A stretch of DNA of 58,829 bases, counting the filler, from Diploschistes diacapsis (Eukaryota): NCBI GenBank assembly GCA_023645945.1. It is 4 parts of 4 records of this genome, joined end to end, with 100 filler letters (N's around TTAATTAATTAA, not from the genome) between each part and the next. Parts side by side here need not be neighbours in the genome. Positions count along the whole stretch, not along the records: positions 41,008 to 49,880 come from JALAIB010001104.1; positions 49,981 to 58,829 come from JALAIB010001105.1; 2 more parts are not named here. One strand, 5' to 3'. A model generated the notes under the pieces. That model worked only from the letters and a program-made list of their open reading frames with translations, ran no database searches and was not told the origin of the DNA. Position 1 is the stretch's first letter, and the number at the start of each line of letters is the position of its first letter. Made by a program: the position numbers and the translations under genes. Of the stretch, positions 45,173-57,632 are shown piece by piece.

Positions 45173-46904
45173 CATTATAACAAAACTGCTTGCTACCCAT
45201 TAAAACAAAGTTGTGCCTGCCCAAGAATCTGGGCAGGCAAGCATGTCACTAAAAGAAAAAGAAAAAACCGAAACTGGGGAAGAACATGGGTCCTTCTCAG
45301 TTTGAGGTCAAGTAAAAAAGAAATGGAGATCGTGTTCCACCAATTACGACGAAAACGGTCTGTGTACTATTACCACGAAAATCGAGATCACTCAAGCATT
45401 CAAATGGCGAACCAACGGCGCGAGACCTGCAGACCAACTCTTACCACTTTCGACCTCGATGTCTCCGTGGTGGACTTGTCTGCAGGATTTGTCTGGTCTT
45501 TCCTTGTCCAATCGAAGGGACGGTGGTATTGGGGGAGGCTGGGGGCAGCATTGCATGGCTTGCTGGGTGGTGTGCTGCAGCCCGGTCCCTTGGATTGGTT
45601 GGTGGGGACGATGGAGGAGTTTTGCTCCCTCGAGTTTCTTTCTTGCACATATATGGGAACGTGAAAGGAGAGCTGAGGTGGTGCTATGGAATCCGATGTA
45701 CAATGAAGCCGAAAGGGGGACGGAAAGAAATACAAGCGAGCCACAACCTACCTGCTCATGAATGGACAAGAGGATCAGAGGACAAGAAGAGACGGATATG
45801 AATACCTGTATCGTTACCATCTATCCACCTATCTACCTACCTAGCTAGTATCACTGGCCTTTACCTTTCTAGTATCCGTCGTATCCTCATCCTCCTCATC
45901 CTCCTCATCCTCGTGGCAGCTAACACGTGCACACAGCAGCGCTTCGGAATACACTTGAAAATGCTAATAGACCTCCAAGAACGCGGAAGGATCGGATGTA
46001 TCATAAATTGCTGTCCCTCCTCCGCGCCCTCGGCGCCGCCTCGACACTACACACATTTACTACAACCACTCCATCTTCTTCCCCCTTGCCTCGAACGACG
46101 TCGACATTTAACAATACAACAATATATGCGTGCGTGTGCGGAGGGCAAACTACTATTCTACTGGGTGATCACACCGGGGCATACGCTATACGCTACTTCT
46201 TCTCCGCGCCCCTGCCCTGCCTTTTGGAAAAGGATTGACTCTTTCCGTCTGTACCTTCGGGTTGTGTACCTCGCGTCTCTCTCTCGACTCTTTTTTATCT
46301 TGAAAAACCCAAAACGCCAGTTCTCTCTCCTCAGCTAATTCCCGTTTTGGCTCCCCAGTTCTCCGGTATCCGGGATCCGGGGCTTCCCGGTTTTTCGGAA
46401 CCCTACTTTGCTTTTGCTAACTACTTGCTTACTTACACTTACTAACCACAGTTCTATCGTTCCAGCAGCGGATCTCTATCCCAAGTTTGCCAACCCCAAC
46501 TTCCCCCTCCCTCCCTCTCCCTCCTCGTCCTGGAAGTTCGTGGCTTCCAGCCTGCCTGCTGCGTCTATCTATCGGCCAACAGCCTACCATGGCACGGCAA
46601 CAAAGGGCACAGGGGCACAGAGTTCTGTCGAAACGGCGCGAATATGGGCCTGCGTGCATGGGTATTTACTAAGTGTGTCCAGTGCGTGTGTGGTGCTTGA
46701 ACGGGGGGACGTTGACGTGAAGTTCCTCCCCCCTACAAAGAAAATCGGAAACAAAATAAAACAAAGTCTTTTTATTGGGGGTTTGGGACGAAACGGATGG
46801 GGTTTGCCCTGCTCTGCCCTGCACTGCCCTGCACTGCACTGCACTGTGCTCGATGAAGGTGCCACGCCGGGCGGCGGTGTGGTTGTATATTTTTATATCC
46901 CATA

Positions 46905-46918
<14 letters not shown>

Positions 46919-46962
<44 letters not shown>
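46919..46962. repeat. (TG)22 microsatellite preceded by (TA)n
   Basis: Directly visible. Confidence 0.95.
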
Positions 46963-46964
<2 letters not shown>

Positions 46965-47146
46965 TATTCATACCATGGCTCGCACCGCACCGCACCGTTT
47001 GCCAAGAGCCGGAAACGAGACAGAGTCAATACAGGGGTAACGCGAATCCCGAATCTTCTCTTCCAACGATTGATGGTTTGGTGGGTAGGTGTCGGAAGCC
47101 AGCAGCAGTAGCGCGGCAGCTCCAGTACAACTTAGTGAATGATGCA

Positions 47147-47230
47147 TCTCTTCCGCATGGACTCGAACCCGTCGACCTTCTGATCGTCAACCTTCGGGGC
47201 TGGGTGGGTAACAGTCGGATGCGCTAGGCC
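47147..47230 (-). pseudogene. Degenerate intron-containing tRNA-Asn(GTT)-like relic
   Basis: Minus strand reads TAGCGCA-TCCGA-CT-GTT-A-[24 nt]-A-TCAGA-AGGTC...GGTTCGAGTCC. The acceptor, D and T stems do not pair properly. Confidence 0.45.
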
Positions 47231-49880
47231 TCTTCATACTGGTACATGGGAGAATGATGGGTTTCTTCTACAAATGGGGGATGTAGTTTGTTGTATGGGA
47301 ATTTTTGATATTTTTGGTGTGGTTGGTGTGGCTGGAGATCTTGGCGACTGTGGTTCCTTGAAGGTGTGGGAGATGTAGGGGCTTAAGATGTGCGGGTTGG
47401 GGGCTTGGGGATAGGTGGTGGATAGGGTCGAGTGGACGAGTTTGTGGAGAGGTGAGTGTTGCTGTGTGCATGTGTAGAGGGGTGAGGTGAGGACAGTGAG
47501 GGGGACGGTATGGTTGAAGTTGAGGTCGATGGTGCGGGAGATTTAAGAGGGCGGCTGGGATACGAGGTGTGAGATGTGAGGCGAGAAGATGGGGAGTTAG
47601 GTAGGTAGGTGAGCTCGCTTGAATTTAGGACGGTGCGGTTGTGGTGGTAATGAAGGGGGCCTAAGGAGGAGGGAAAGGACGGGGCCGTAGTGGTGGTGGT
47701 GGTAGTAAATGGGGTTGAGGGAGAAGAAAGAGGAGGAGGATGAAGCAAAGCAAGCCGGAAGGCCGCGATGCATATATCCATCGCTATCAACCCGTTAAAC
47801 TTATTGCCTCGGATGCCGCAGAGCCTGGCATTCTATATCTTCGACCTCTCTATTCGATTTCTTTCCCTTCCATATCTCCGGTTGAGTGTCCCAGGATCAC
47901 CTCACCCCCTCGTGTTTTGCTCTTCTTCCTATGTTTGCCCTTCTCTGTCCTTCTTCTGTCTCTGCTCTTCCTTACCGGTTGCGTATATACCGTCTAATCA
48001 GACCGCAAGGGGGGGGGTTTGGGAAGAAGAGAAAGACCAAGAGATGCAGAAGGCAACAGCCAACTTCCTCCTTTTCTCTTCTTTTGGCTATAGCGGTGAG
48101 CGTAATGGAGATAAGAAAATCTCGACCTATCTCTTTCCTTTCTGCAGATGCGGGCTCGTGGGCAAGTTTAGAGGGCTTTTCTTAGGCCGCAATTACTCTT
48201 ATTCCAATGACTCGACTATTGAGGCAACAAGTGGTTCAAGCAAAGAGGTACGGGAAGCTGTCTCCTGTGATGAAGGGGGGCACCTGAAGGAGATTGTGTT
48301 TGGGTCTTGCCCTACGTGATTTGGCTCTGAGCTGAGATCTATGATCTGATACGGCAGAGACGGAAAAACAGTAGGTAAGAGGAAAGCATTGGTACCGCCC
48401 CATACGATGTTTGCAGATCTGACTATGGATCAGAGGAGAGAAGGGGACGCGGTTGGCGTGTGTATTGCTTTCTTTTGTCTCTTGCCTTGGTATTCCCCTT
48501 ATTGCGTCTTGCCGGCGACGCAGGAGTGTTAGGTGGTGCTTAATGTATGCGCCATACAGTTTGATGAGGCGCTTCTTCTTTACCCCCTGTCTTGGCTACT
48601 GGCCCTGTTAACAATAATACCTAGCGAGCCTTTCCGAGGCGGCTTTGCGAAGTTGGGTTATACTACTCGAACGGGCCGGATGATATTTGAGTGCCCTGAA
48701 ACGGAAACGACATTGAGGCAAGCCGCACTTATGCTCACGGTTGGTGGAGCTGGCTGCCAAAGGTAGACTCTTGATATCTAGAAACATTCGCTCGACTGGT
48801 CAAGAAGACAACACAAGACGCCGGACGGCGAGGAGCAACGGAGATAAAAGCTGCCAAAGCCTCGCCCAGGCCTCACATTCCCACAGAGACGATCCACCTA
48901 CCTTGGATTTATTGCCTACTACGTCATGTTCAACCTGTCAAAGGGGAGATGGCCAAAGGTAGCCGTGTAACGCTCTCATCTTTCCAAGTCTTGGAAGAAA
49001 CCCCTGGACCAAAAGGCCACAAGAAGTACAAGATGATCATGACGTTTGAATGGCTGGGAGAAGAGGACAGGATCAGGGCTCGAAAACATCCGAAGCTCCA
49101 GAAAAGAAGACCACCCCTGTCAGATCTCCATGCCTTCCCCCTACCGCACTGGACTAGACTACGAGTCATCTTTGGATCAGATCTAGCTAGTGCAACCAAG
49201 CCAGATCGAAGACCTCCCATAACTCCCCTCACCTTCCCACAGCACTTTCATTCCCCAAACACACAAGCTCCACCCCACCTGGATCGAATCCGGTTCCCCC
49301 GTACATTCCACTCCCTCTCTGACGTGCGAAGGTTTCAGCACACGCAAACACCCAGCCACTATCGTAAAACAAAGAAGACGACAGCTCCCCCAACCACACA
49401 AAAGCTAGGGGAGAAAGGGTACATACTACTACACTGACATGAGCATCCAGAGTTCGTACTACAGTACCTCAGTACCCAGTTCCTACTATCCTATACCCTA
49501 CCTGCATATACACACATCCGCCAAGATTCTCGAAATAGCCTACCCACCTAAGCGGGAACGAGAAACATAAATCCCCTGCGGCTGCGGCGGCTCCTCCACT
49601 ACTACAACGTACTACTGCATAACTAACCCACGCACATAGATAACGCATGACGTACAACAATGGGATTCACGAAACTTGGCCCATGGCGAAGTAAACGAGA
49701 CCGGGGGGGGGGTCTGATTCAAAATACCTACTTTACCTACCTACCTGCCTGGTAGAAAGACCGTTGGGGCCCGGGAGTCTGGGCCTCGGCTGTCGGGCGG
49801 CTGTCAAAGCGGCACCTACATGGTTATGTGGTGTGTTGTACAGAGGCACCCTTGTGCGCTACAGCGGGGGGGGTTGGGAG

Positions 49881-49980
49881 NNNNNNNNNNNNNNNNNNNN
49901 NNNNNNNNNNNNNNNNNNNNNNNNTTAATTAATTAANNNNNNNNNNNNNNNNNNNNNNNNNNNNNNNNNNNNNNNNNNNN
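49881..49980. other. Artificial contig linker
   Basis: N44-TTAATTAATTAA-N44. Confidence 0.97.
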
Positions 49981-50324
49981 GAGAAGGAGGAGGGTGGAAT
50001 GGGAGAGGGAGAGGGGGAGAATGTGGGGTCCGAAGATACGTGGAAGCACGTTTTGGGTTGATGTCGGGTTGAGGTGGCGGAGATGTTTGAGCTTGGGAGG
50101 GTGAAGGGGGGTAGAGCAGTATGGAGACTTGCTCTCGGGTTCTAATCTTGTTTCTTAGGTAATTTGCATGCTTGGGGAATGATGTACGTCTTCAATTTGT
50201 TCACCATTTGTTGTTTTCGATCTGAGCCTAACATTAGCCTTTTGCCACATACATGTTTCAGAAAATGACATAGGGGACATGATTTCGTTGTTCAAAGCGC
50301 TTAAGAGGTCCTCCACTCCACACC

Positions 50325-51871
50325 TTATAATCTCGTTCCCATATTCACGTGCACGGCTTTCTTGTTGGTATACGCCTCCAGCCCTGCCTCTCCCAGCTCC
50401 CTCCCTATCCCGCTCTGCTTGACCCCTCCGAACGGAACCCGGAAATCGCTGTCCTGGGTGCTATTGATCCACACTATCCCCGCCTCGATATTCCGCGCCA
50501 CCCTGTGCGCCTTTACCAGGTTGTCCGTAAACACTGCCGAGCCAAGCCCATACGTTGTACCGTTGGCCCTCGCCACCGCCTCCTCCTCCGTCTTGAAGCT
50601 CGAGATGACAGCAAAGGGGCCGAACACCTCTTCCTGGTATATGCGCATGTTCTCGGTTACATCGGTGAAGACGGTCGGGGAGATGAAGAAGCCCTTGCCC
50701 GTGTCCGAGGCGTGCGCCGTACCGCCGTACGAGAGAGTGGCGCCCTCGGACTTGCCGGCCTCGATGTACGACAGCACGCGCTCGTACTGATGCTTCGTCA
50801 CCTGCGGGCCCTGGAAGGTGCCGTCTTTGAACGGGTCGCCGATGATGGACGCGGACTTGATCTGCTCTTTGAAGGCCTCGACAAACTTCTCGTACACGGT
50901 GTCCTGCACTAAGATGCGTGACGTGGCGGTGCAGACCTGCCCCTGATTCAGCATGATGCCGAAGTGTGACCACTTGATGGCCTGCTCCATGTCGCAGTCG
51001 TCGAAGACTATGAGTGGGGATTTGCCGCCCGTTTCTAGGGTGATATTCTTGAGGTTGACGGATGCCATCTTCATGATGTTTCGCGCCGTGGCGGTGGAGC
51101 CCGTGAAGGCGATCTTATCAATGCCCAGATGTGACGCGATAGCTGCGCCGGCGGTCTTGCCGTAGCCGTTAAGGATGTTGACGACGCCGGGAGGGAAGCC
51201 AGCTTCCTTTACAAGGTTGGCGAAGTATAGGATGGATAGAGGAGTCTGCTCGGCGGCCTTGAGGACCACCGTGTTGCCGCAGGCCAGGGCGGGGCCGAGT
51301 TTCCAGCCGGCCATTCCCATGGGGAAGCTGATATGGTAATTAGCGGTGAGTGAGAGTGAAGATCAGAGGAGAAGTACTTCCAGGGGATAATCTGTCCGCA
51401 GACGCCGAGGGGCTCGCGGATAGTGTAGGCGAGTTTATCGGGCGTCGTTTCGATAACTTGCCCATGGATCTTGTCGGCCCAGCCGGCATAGTACTTAAGG
51501 ACTTCGTACACTTCGTTGATGTCAGAGGAGGCGTCGCTAAAAGGCTTGCCGTTGTCCCAGGTGTCAATTGTGGCGAGTGTATCTTTGTGTTGGGCGGTTA
51601 GCTGGGAAAGCTTGTACAGAAGGTTGCCGCGCTCTGTGCCGGGAACTTCACGCCATGTTTTGAACGCTGTCCGCGCTGCTTTGACAGCATTATCCACGTC
51701 GTCGGCATCGGCAGCATATACGGACGTAATTTCCTTTTCGTCTGTAGGGTTGATGGTGGTTATTCTCTCGCCCTTTTGGGACTTGACCCACTCATTGTTG
51801 ATGAAGAGGCCAGTGGGCTGGGCGTATTTCACTCCGTTGGGAGCTGTCAGGTGTACTTCTAGGTCCGACAT
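50325..51871 (-). CDS. Aldehyde dehydrogenase (family 1/2-like); 1 intron
   Basis: GLFINNEW, IIPWN|FP, FTGS, LETGGKSP, NQGQVC, EEVFGP and PFGGVKQSGIGRELG motifs. Confidence 0.95.
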
Positions 51872-52316
51872 CCTTGAATATGCACTATTGGATACCTTAG
51901 ATATGCTATACGTACACTTTACAGACAGATAGCAAGGTCCAGCGATTCTTCTGATCATGAACAATGCAACATCATTCAATGATCACCCCCTCTTCGAAAA
52001 TAGTAGCTTGCATGACGTAGGGTGCTTAGTAGACTCGGTACCCAGATGGATCACCTGCGTAAAATGCTGAGATAATGCCAAGCCTCCACTATTTTGCTTT
52101 GAAGGAATATCATTTTTCCGCATGATAATTCTGCGAATTATCGTAGCCTAAGGTTTGATCACACCTAAAATAGTAGTTACCAACATCGACTAGCAAATTC
52201 AGCAACCCAGTCACGCTCAAGATAGCAAGGTCAAATGAGGCTCGAGATAAATATCAAGGTGATCTCCAGTCTCAAGTCTGGCGGTACCTCTGGACTGCCC
52301 TTCTTTAGCTGTGGAA

Positions 52317-53669
52317 ATGGCTAACAGCAAAATCCATCAGAATCCCCTGGTGCTGCTCTTCACGATCCCTTTCCTTGGACTCGCTTCCGGGGGAAATGCT
52401 TCTCAACCGATTCCGTCGATTCATTTAGCTCGGCAAGATGGCGGTAGCAGTGTCTGTGGAATTTCAGGAAATGGAGACCTCTACGGCTTGGGTATCCGAT
52501 TCGGCTTCTACTTACAGATGCTTGCCACGATTCTCGCCTACCACGAAGGCCTTGAAGACGATGTAGCTAACATGGTGGATGTTAATAGCATCTTCATGAC
52601 CGCTATAGCCATTGCTACATTCGTGGTCAGTGGCGGCTCCGATCAAAGGGCATCACCAGCGGAGATCTTTTTGAACCTGTACATCTTCTTCGGAACCCTT
52701 GTCATCAATCTTCCAGCCTACACACCAAACATTACTACTCCTGGAGGTTATGTATATAGATTCTTCATTGCTGGCGCTATGACAGCTTATGGCGTTTGGT
52801 TCTGGTTCATCGGCATCGACTCTCTACAAACGGGAAACTGCACGAGTTATATCTTCCTCTTCGCTCGACTCCAGGCTCAAGGAAGTGTCCTTACGTTCTT
52901 CAAGGTCATTTCTATTGGCACTCTGTGGTTCTTCGTCATCCCTACCCTAGGCTTCGTTATTGTTGCGTTCATACTATTAGTCGTCGCTACGTTGACAACG
53001 GCCCGCAGGATGATATGGGCTGCAAGAGGGCGGAAACGCTGCTCATCAGCCGAAATGCATTATGGCTTGTCTAAGCAATTCATTGCTACAGAAGATATTC
53101 TCGGGACTGATCCATATCTTATGCTAGAGAAAACATTCTTCAAGGCGATCCTCCAGAAGATAAGTTCTCGGCGTCTTTGTGTCCTGGTCGGCAAGATCAA
53201 AAAACAGTGGAGAGCCACGAAGGCAATTCTCGAGGAGATTCCAGACAGCAGGAGGAAACCCAAGACTACTCCGCCGACCTGGAAGCTAATGATTCCTTTA
53301 TCGCTCGTCCAATTCTTGGTATTTGTATATATTGTGCTCGCCGTGGAACTCACAATTACGTGGAACAATATTGCAGATATTTATAATATCTCATCGACAG
53401 GGCAATTTATCGCTTTCCTCACTGGTGCCGCCGGCCTTTGGCTAGTCATTCTACGGACTTACGCTAGACACTTGGTTCGCCGAGGCTCTGACCGACAATG
53501 GGCTGTGAAGGAAGCTTGTTTTGAAGGATCATGCTGTGCAGGCTCAGAGCTCGAAGAGCAGCCTGAAGGTTCGAGCGAAGGTCCTGCCAAATTGGAAATT
53601 TGTTTTTGGAGCAAAGCTTTCGAGCCGTATCCGATTGCTCCCACTTGGCAATTTCGTCTACTCACTTAA
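52317..53669 (+). CDS. Uncharacterised multi-pass membrane protein with probable signal peptide
   Basis: Intronless ~450-aa ORF with GNGDLYGLGIRFGFYLQ and VELTITWNNI...STGQFI motifs and several hydrophobic helices. Confidence 0.75.
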   Translation: MANSKIHQNPLVLLFTIPFLGLASGGNASQPIPSIHLARQDGGSSVCGISGNGDLYGLGIRFGFYLQMLATILAYHEGLEDDVANMVDVNSIFMTAIAIATFVVSGGSDQRASPAEIFLNLYIFFGTLVINLPAYTPNITTPGGYVYRFFIAGAMTAYGVWFWFIGIDSLQTGNCTSYIFLFARLQAQGSVLTFFKVISIGTLWFFVIPTLGFVIVAFILLVVATLTTARRMIWAARGRKRCSSAEMHYGLSKQFIATEDILGTDPYLMLEKTFFKAILQKISSRRLCVLVGKIKKQWRATKAILEEIPDSRRKPKTTPPTWKLMIPLSLVQFLVFVYIVLAVELTITWNNIADIYNISSTGQFIAFLTGAAGLWLVILRTYARHLVRRGSDRQWAVKEACFEGSCCAGSELEEQPEGSSEGPAKLEICFWSKAFEPYPIAPTWQFRLLT

Positions 53670-53874
53670 TTACCGGAGCTGGGGACATGCTATGATTGAA
53701 GTGCACTAGCTCCAACAAGTCTTACACTAGGACAGCCGAAAGTACTCTAGTCTATTGCCAGCATCGGATATCTGTGGCCACCAATGGTTATTTCTACATG
53801 GAGAGTTTGTCTTTGCCTGATAAGAAAACTTAATACAACTAAGCTATGGCATTAGACTTTCAGTTGTAGATTTT

Positions 53875-55327
53875 CTATCGATTGAACCCTTGGTATGAAC
53901 CCTTCCCACCTTGTCCGGCATCTGGCGTGTCCAGGCCTAAGGCTTCGCGCCGACTGGGGGCATTGGCATCGTATACCGGCTTTTCCGCAAGAGACGTTAC
54001 ACGGGTGCCGTGACGATCCTCTGATCCTTCGTAATCCCAGCTTGCGATATGCTGAGTTATCCTATTATCCCACAGGGCTTTGAAACGGGATTAGCTAGAA
54101 TATGGAACTGCAATGTTTCTAGTCATCTTACCTGATGCGCCTGGGGTCCATTTAAAGCGGCACTGGATATCGATGTTCCTCTCGTACACGTCATAAAGGT
54201 AGTTCAGGATCAGGTCTGCAAATGTCACCAGTGATCATTCCAAGAGGATCTGTGTCTAATTTTACCCGATTCTGGCTTATCCAGGCCAACAATTCGTACT
54301 GTCATAGCTCTATTGACCCATAGGCTTTTCCATCCAGTGGCTGGGTGAACTCGAACGATGGGATGCTCGCGCTCTACGTGTTTCGGTCCTCCCTGCGGGT
54401 TGTTGCGATCAAGATAGGTATGTGCGGAGCGATAGATGGCCGTTTTACCGTCTAGGAACTTTCTGAAAGCAGGAGAGAGTTTGTCGTACGCGGAATATCC
54501 ACTTGACCAGAGGGTATCTCCTCCATATTCGGGAACGGTGTCGTTATGCAGATGGGTAACGCCAGCCGGCTGCGCTTCGTGGACCTAGACCTGAGTTAAA
54601 GGTTTGAACACAGTGAACACATTTTCAACGGATTACAAGATCAGTATGCCAGCCAGATGCTCCTCCTGGTTGCCTAAAGTTTGCTTTTCTCCCTTCTTTA
54701 ATTTGCAGGTCAGGCCACATGACGGTGACGCCTGTTGAAAGCAGCTTCAGCATCAGCGCGACCGTTTTTGGGATATGCCATGGCTTCAATACCTGCTGCC
54801 CCTGGCACTTGTGGTACCTGAGGATGCACTTCGATCTCTCCATACCACTCTCCCAAATCCTTCTGTTGCTGTGGGGTGATGTCCTGGTCACGGAAGAATA
54901 CGACGCTTCTCTCCGCAATCAAGAGGCCGAGTTCATCCTTCTGCTGATCAGTGAGTTGCGCAAGCTGTATGCCGTGCAATTCTGTTCCGATATGCCTGGT
55001 CAGGTGTATGACCTTGCTGGCGGCTCCAAGGAGGGCCTTTTTTTCCGAATCAGCTCTGGTACCAGGGTCAACATGCTCACTGCTATTTGTCAGCTCGGAT
55101 GTGATACTAAAGGGCGTAAGGGGAATGAAAATTGTGCAATACCGAAACTCGCTCCGAATCGCATAGACTTGGTCAAGGTAATCTGGCTTCGCTGGCCTGG
55201 TGGGATAATTTTGTGGGTCAATTCCCGCTTTCAGAAGACGCTGCTCCGTGTTCTTTGGCACTTTCAAACCCAGAGTGGGCGAAGAGAATGTTTCTTCCGC
55301 CGTCTCTGTGATAGCTGATGGAGCCAT
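53875..55327 (-). CDS. TauD/TfdA-family alpha-ketoglutarate-dependent sulfonate dioxygenase (Jlp1-like); several introns
   Basis: HIGTELHGIQL, ERSVVFFRDQ, WHTDLVHE (HxD), GGDTLW, HPIVRVHP, WDNRITQH and RHGTRVT motifs. Canonical introns restore the frame. Confidence 0.92.
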
Positions 55328-55909
55328 GGTGGTTCTGCTTCTTGCATACCAATTCGAGGGCTCTGTCTCCTTTTTCAATGGTTGTCTTGACCTTTCCAAA
55401 GTGTTTTGTAGTGCGGGGAAGCTCCATCTGCTGACAATCCCAATATCGCAATTCAGTCATTTTTGTTCCTCATTCGGGGGTTTTACGCTGCAATGCTCGT
55501 TTTGATGTTGAATATGGATGCACAAGGAGCACGCCATCCAAGGCGCGCGTTACGCGAGACGAGGGGTTAAAGATCTACTCGTTTGGTCAACAGCTTTCAA
55601 CACGAATTGTCATGCACGCACAGGCTTTGAAGGGAAGAATCGTGAGGGGAATCTTGCGGTCAACGGTGTGTACCATCTTCTGCAGGTCTATCGTGATTGC
55701 ATGTGTCCATGGTCATTGGTTGGAGGTACGGCCAATCGCTATGATGTTGCCCATTTGGTATATCTTTCGCGTCAGCGAGAAGGATATGGCTCCATAAGCT
55801 ATCTTCAAACTCTACCGATCGGTTGGATTTTCTCTTAGTATGTCTTCTGCGTATTTCTTCAACGTAGATTTATCTCGACTCATGCTCATATTTTCCTTTT
55901 CGTTCTGAT

Positions 55910-57632
55910 ATGTCCAATGAAACCAAGAAAGTTGCTATAGTAGGGGCCGGTATAAATGGAGTGGTTTCGGGAAAGCATCTGCTCGCTTCAGGATGTAGCA
56001 TTTCAATATTCGAACGATCAGCTGGCTATGGTGGTGTTTGGTGTGTACAGTCGCGCAGGCAATCAGGCTCTCTTGCTCTAATTGTTCAGGACGTATGATG
56101 ACAGAAGATCTCTGGAGCCAACGTACCCAGCCCTAAAACCGTACCAAGCAGGGCTTCCTCTCGAAGTCTTGCGTGAGGTTCTGCGCGAAGTCGACAACGA
56201 AGAGAAGTTGGACAGGAGGGACAATGCGGACCTTATCTTCGCTCCCCCCGGGTACAGATCTCAGGGCCATGACATGTAACCTGGTGGTGCTAACAATCGT
56301 AGGCCTTGCTACGAGAGCTTGATGAACAACGTTGCGACCCCCTTGGTACAGATTACAAACCAACCTTGGCCGGAAGGAACAGAAAACTTCGTTAATCACA
56401 GTATCATTAATCAATACATAGTGGAAGCCGCAAGGTTGTCTGGCTTGGGCAAATTCACCCACTTCAATACCGCGATCGAACGGATTTCAAAACAGGACAA
56501 TCGATGGATAGTCACCTCTCGGACCATGACTCGTGACAAAAACGACAAACCAAGCTTTTTGACATCTGTGGACGTAAGTTGCGTCATACTGGAGGAGCTA
56601 AGCTAACGCTATCGAGCATTTTGATGCCGTTGTAGTCGCTTCGGGACACTACCACACGGCACGAATACCTGATATTCCGGGGTTGAAGGAATGGAAGTCC
56701 GCGTACCCAAGCCGAATCCATCATTCGAAAAGTTATCGACGGGCTAGAGATTACAAGGACAAAGTACATCCCCATCTTACTTATTGGCTACAATAACATC
56801 GCTTATTGGAGCTTAGAGCGTGCTGCTTATCGGGGCTGGTACTTCATCTTTCGACATTGCTCGAGAAATTGGCTTAGTAGCCAAGGACGTCTACCAGTCG
56901 GCCCGAGGTGGATCTTTCGACCTGCCTATAGATTTCCTAACCCTTGACGCTCGGCGCGTGGCGGGTGTTTCCCATTTTAGGATAGAAGGGGGAGAAGCTG
57001 CCACTCACTACAGAACAGGACAACCCATGTCCGAAGAACAACCTATACCATTCGATGTTCATCTTCAGGATGGCACTATCCTTTTCTCGATTCACCACGT
57101 CATCCTCTGCACTGGCTACCACTGCACTGTACCTTTCCTTCCGCACTTGCACAATGACTCCTTGACGCCCGAGGAAGCTCCTGCGTTTCCGGATATACTG
57201 GTCACTGATGGCACCCAGTTCCACAACCTTCACAAGGACATCTTCTATATTCCCGACCCTACTGTTGCCTTTGTTGGGATCCCGTACTACACGGCTACTT
57301 TTACGCTTTTCGAGTTTCAAGCCATTGCCGTCGCAGCAGTATTTGCAGGTTACGCTGACTTGCCATCTGGAGCGGACATGCGTGCTGAATATGAAGATCG
57401 TGTTGCTAGAAAAGGGTATGGAAGAGGCTTTCACAGTCTGAGAGATAGAGATATAGAATATGCGGATGAGTTACTCATTTGGATCAACGCTGAGGGAGCG
57501 AAGAGGGGAAGGGATCTTGTTCTGGGACATACCGAAGAGTTCAAAATGGTCTTCCAACATAGACGGGACCTGATGGGGGAAATGATCAAGGAACGCAACA
57601 AACGGGCAAGAGTCAACCAGCAAAAGCAGTGA
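55910..57632 (+). CDS. Flavin-containing monooxygenase (class B FMO); several introns
   Basis: GAGING FAD motif, VVASGHY, FMO fingerprint region IHHSKSYR, GAGTSS NADPH motif, LCTGY. Confidence 0.9.

Noticed and set aside
46408..47227. ORFs with CVCVCV or HTHTHT runs
   Set aside because: These are translations of the (TG)n microsatellite in non-coding DNA.
50349..51165. Long antisense and alternate-frame ORFs over ALDH (also over SDR, cyclin and DAD2)
   Set aside because: These are shadow ORFs caused by high GC3 codon bias.
54730..54795. Apparent frameshift in the TauD gene
   Set aside because: Explained by a GTATTG...CAACAG intron.
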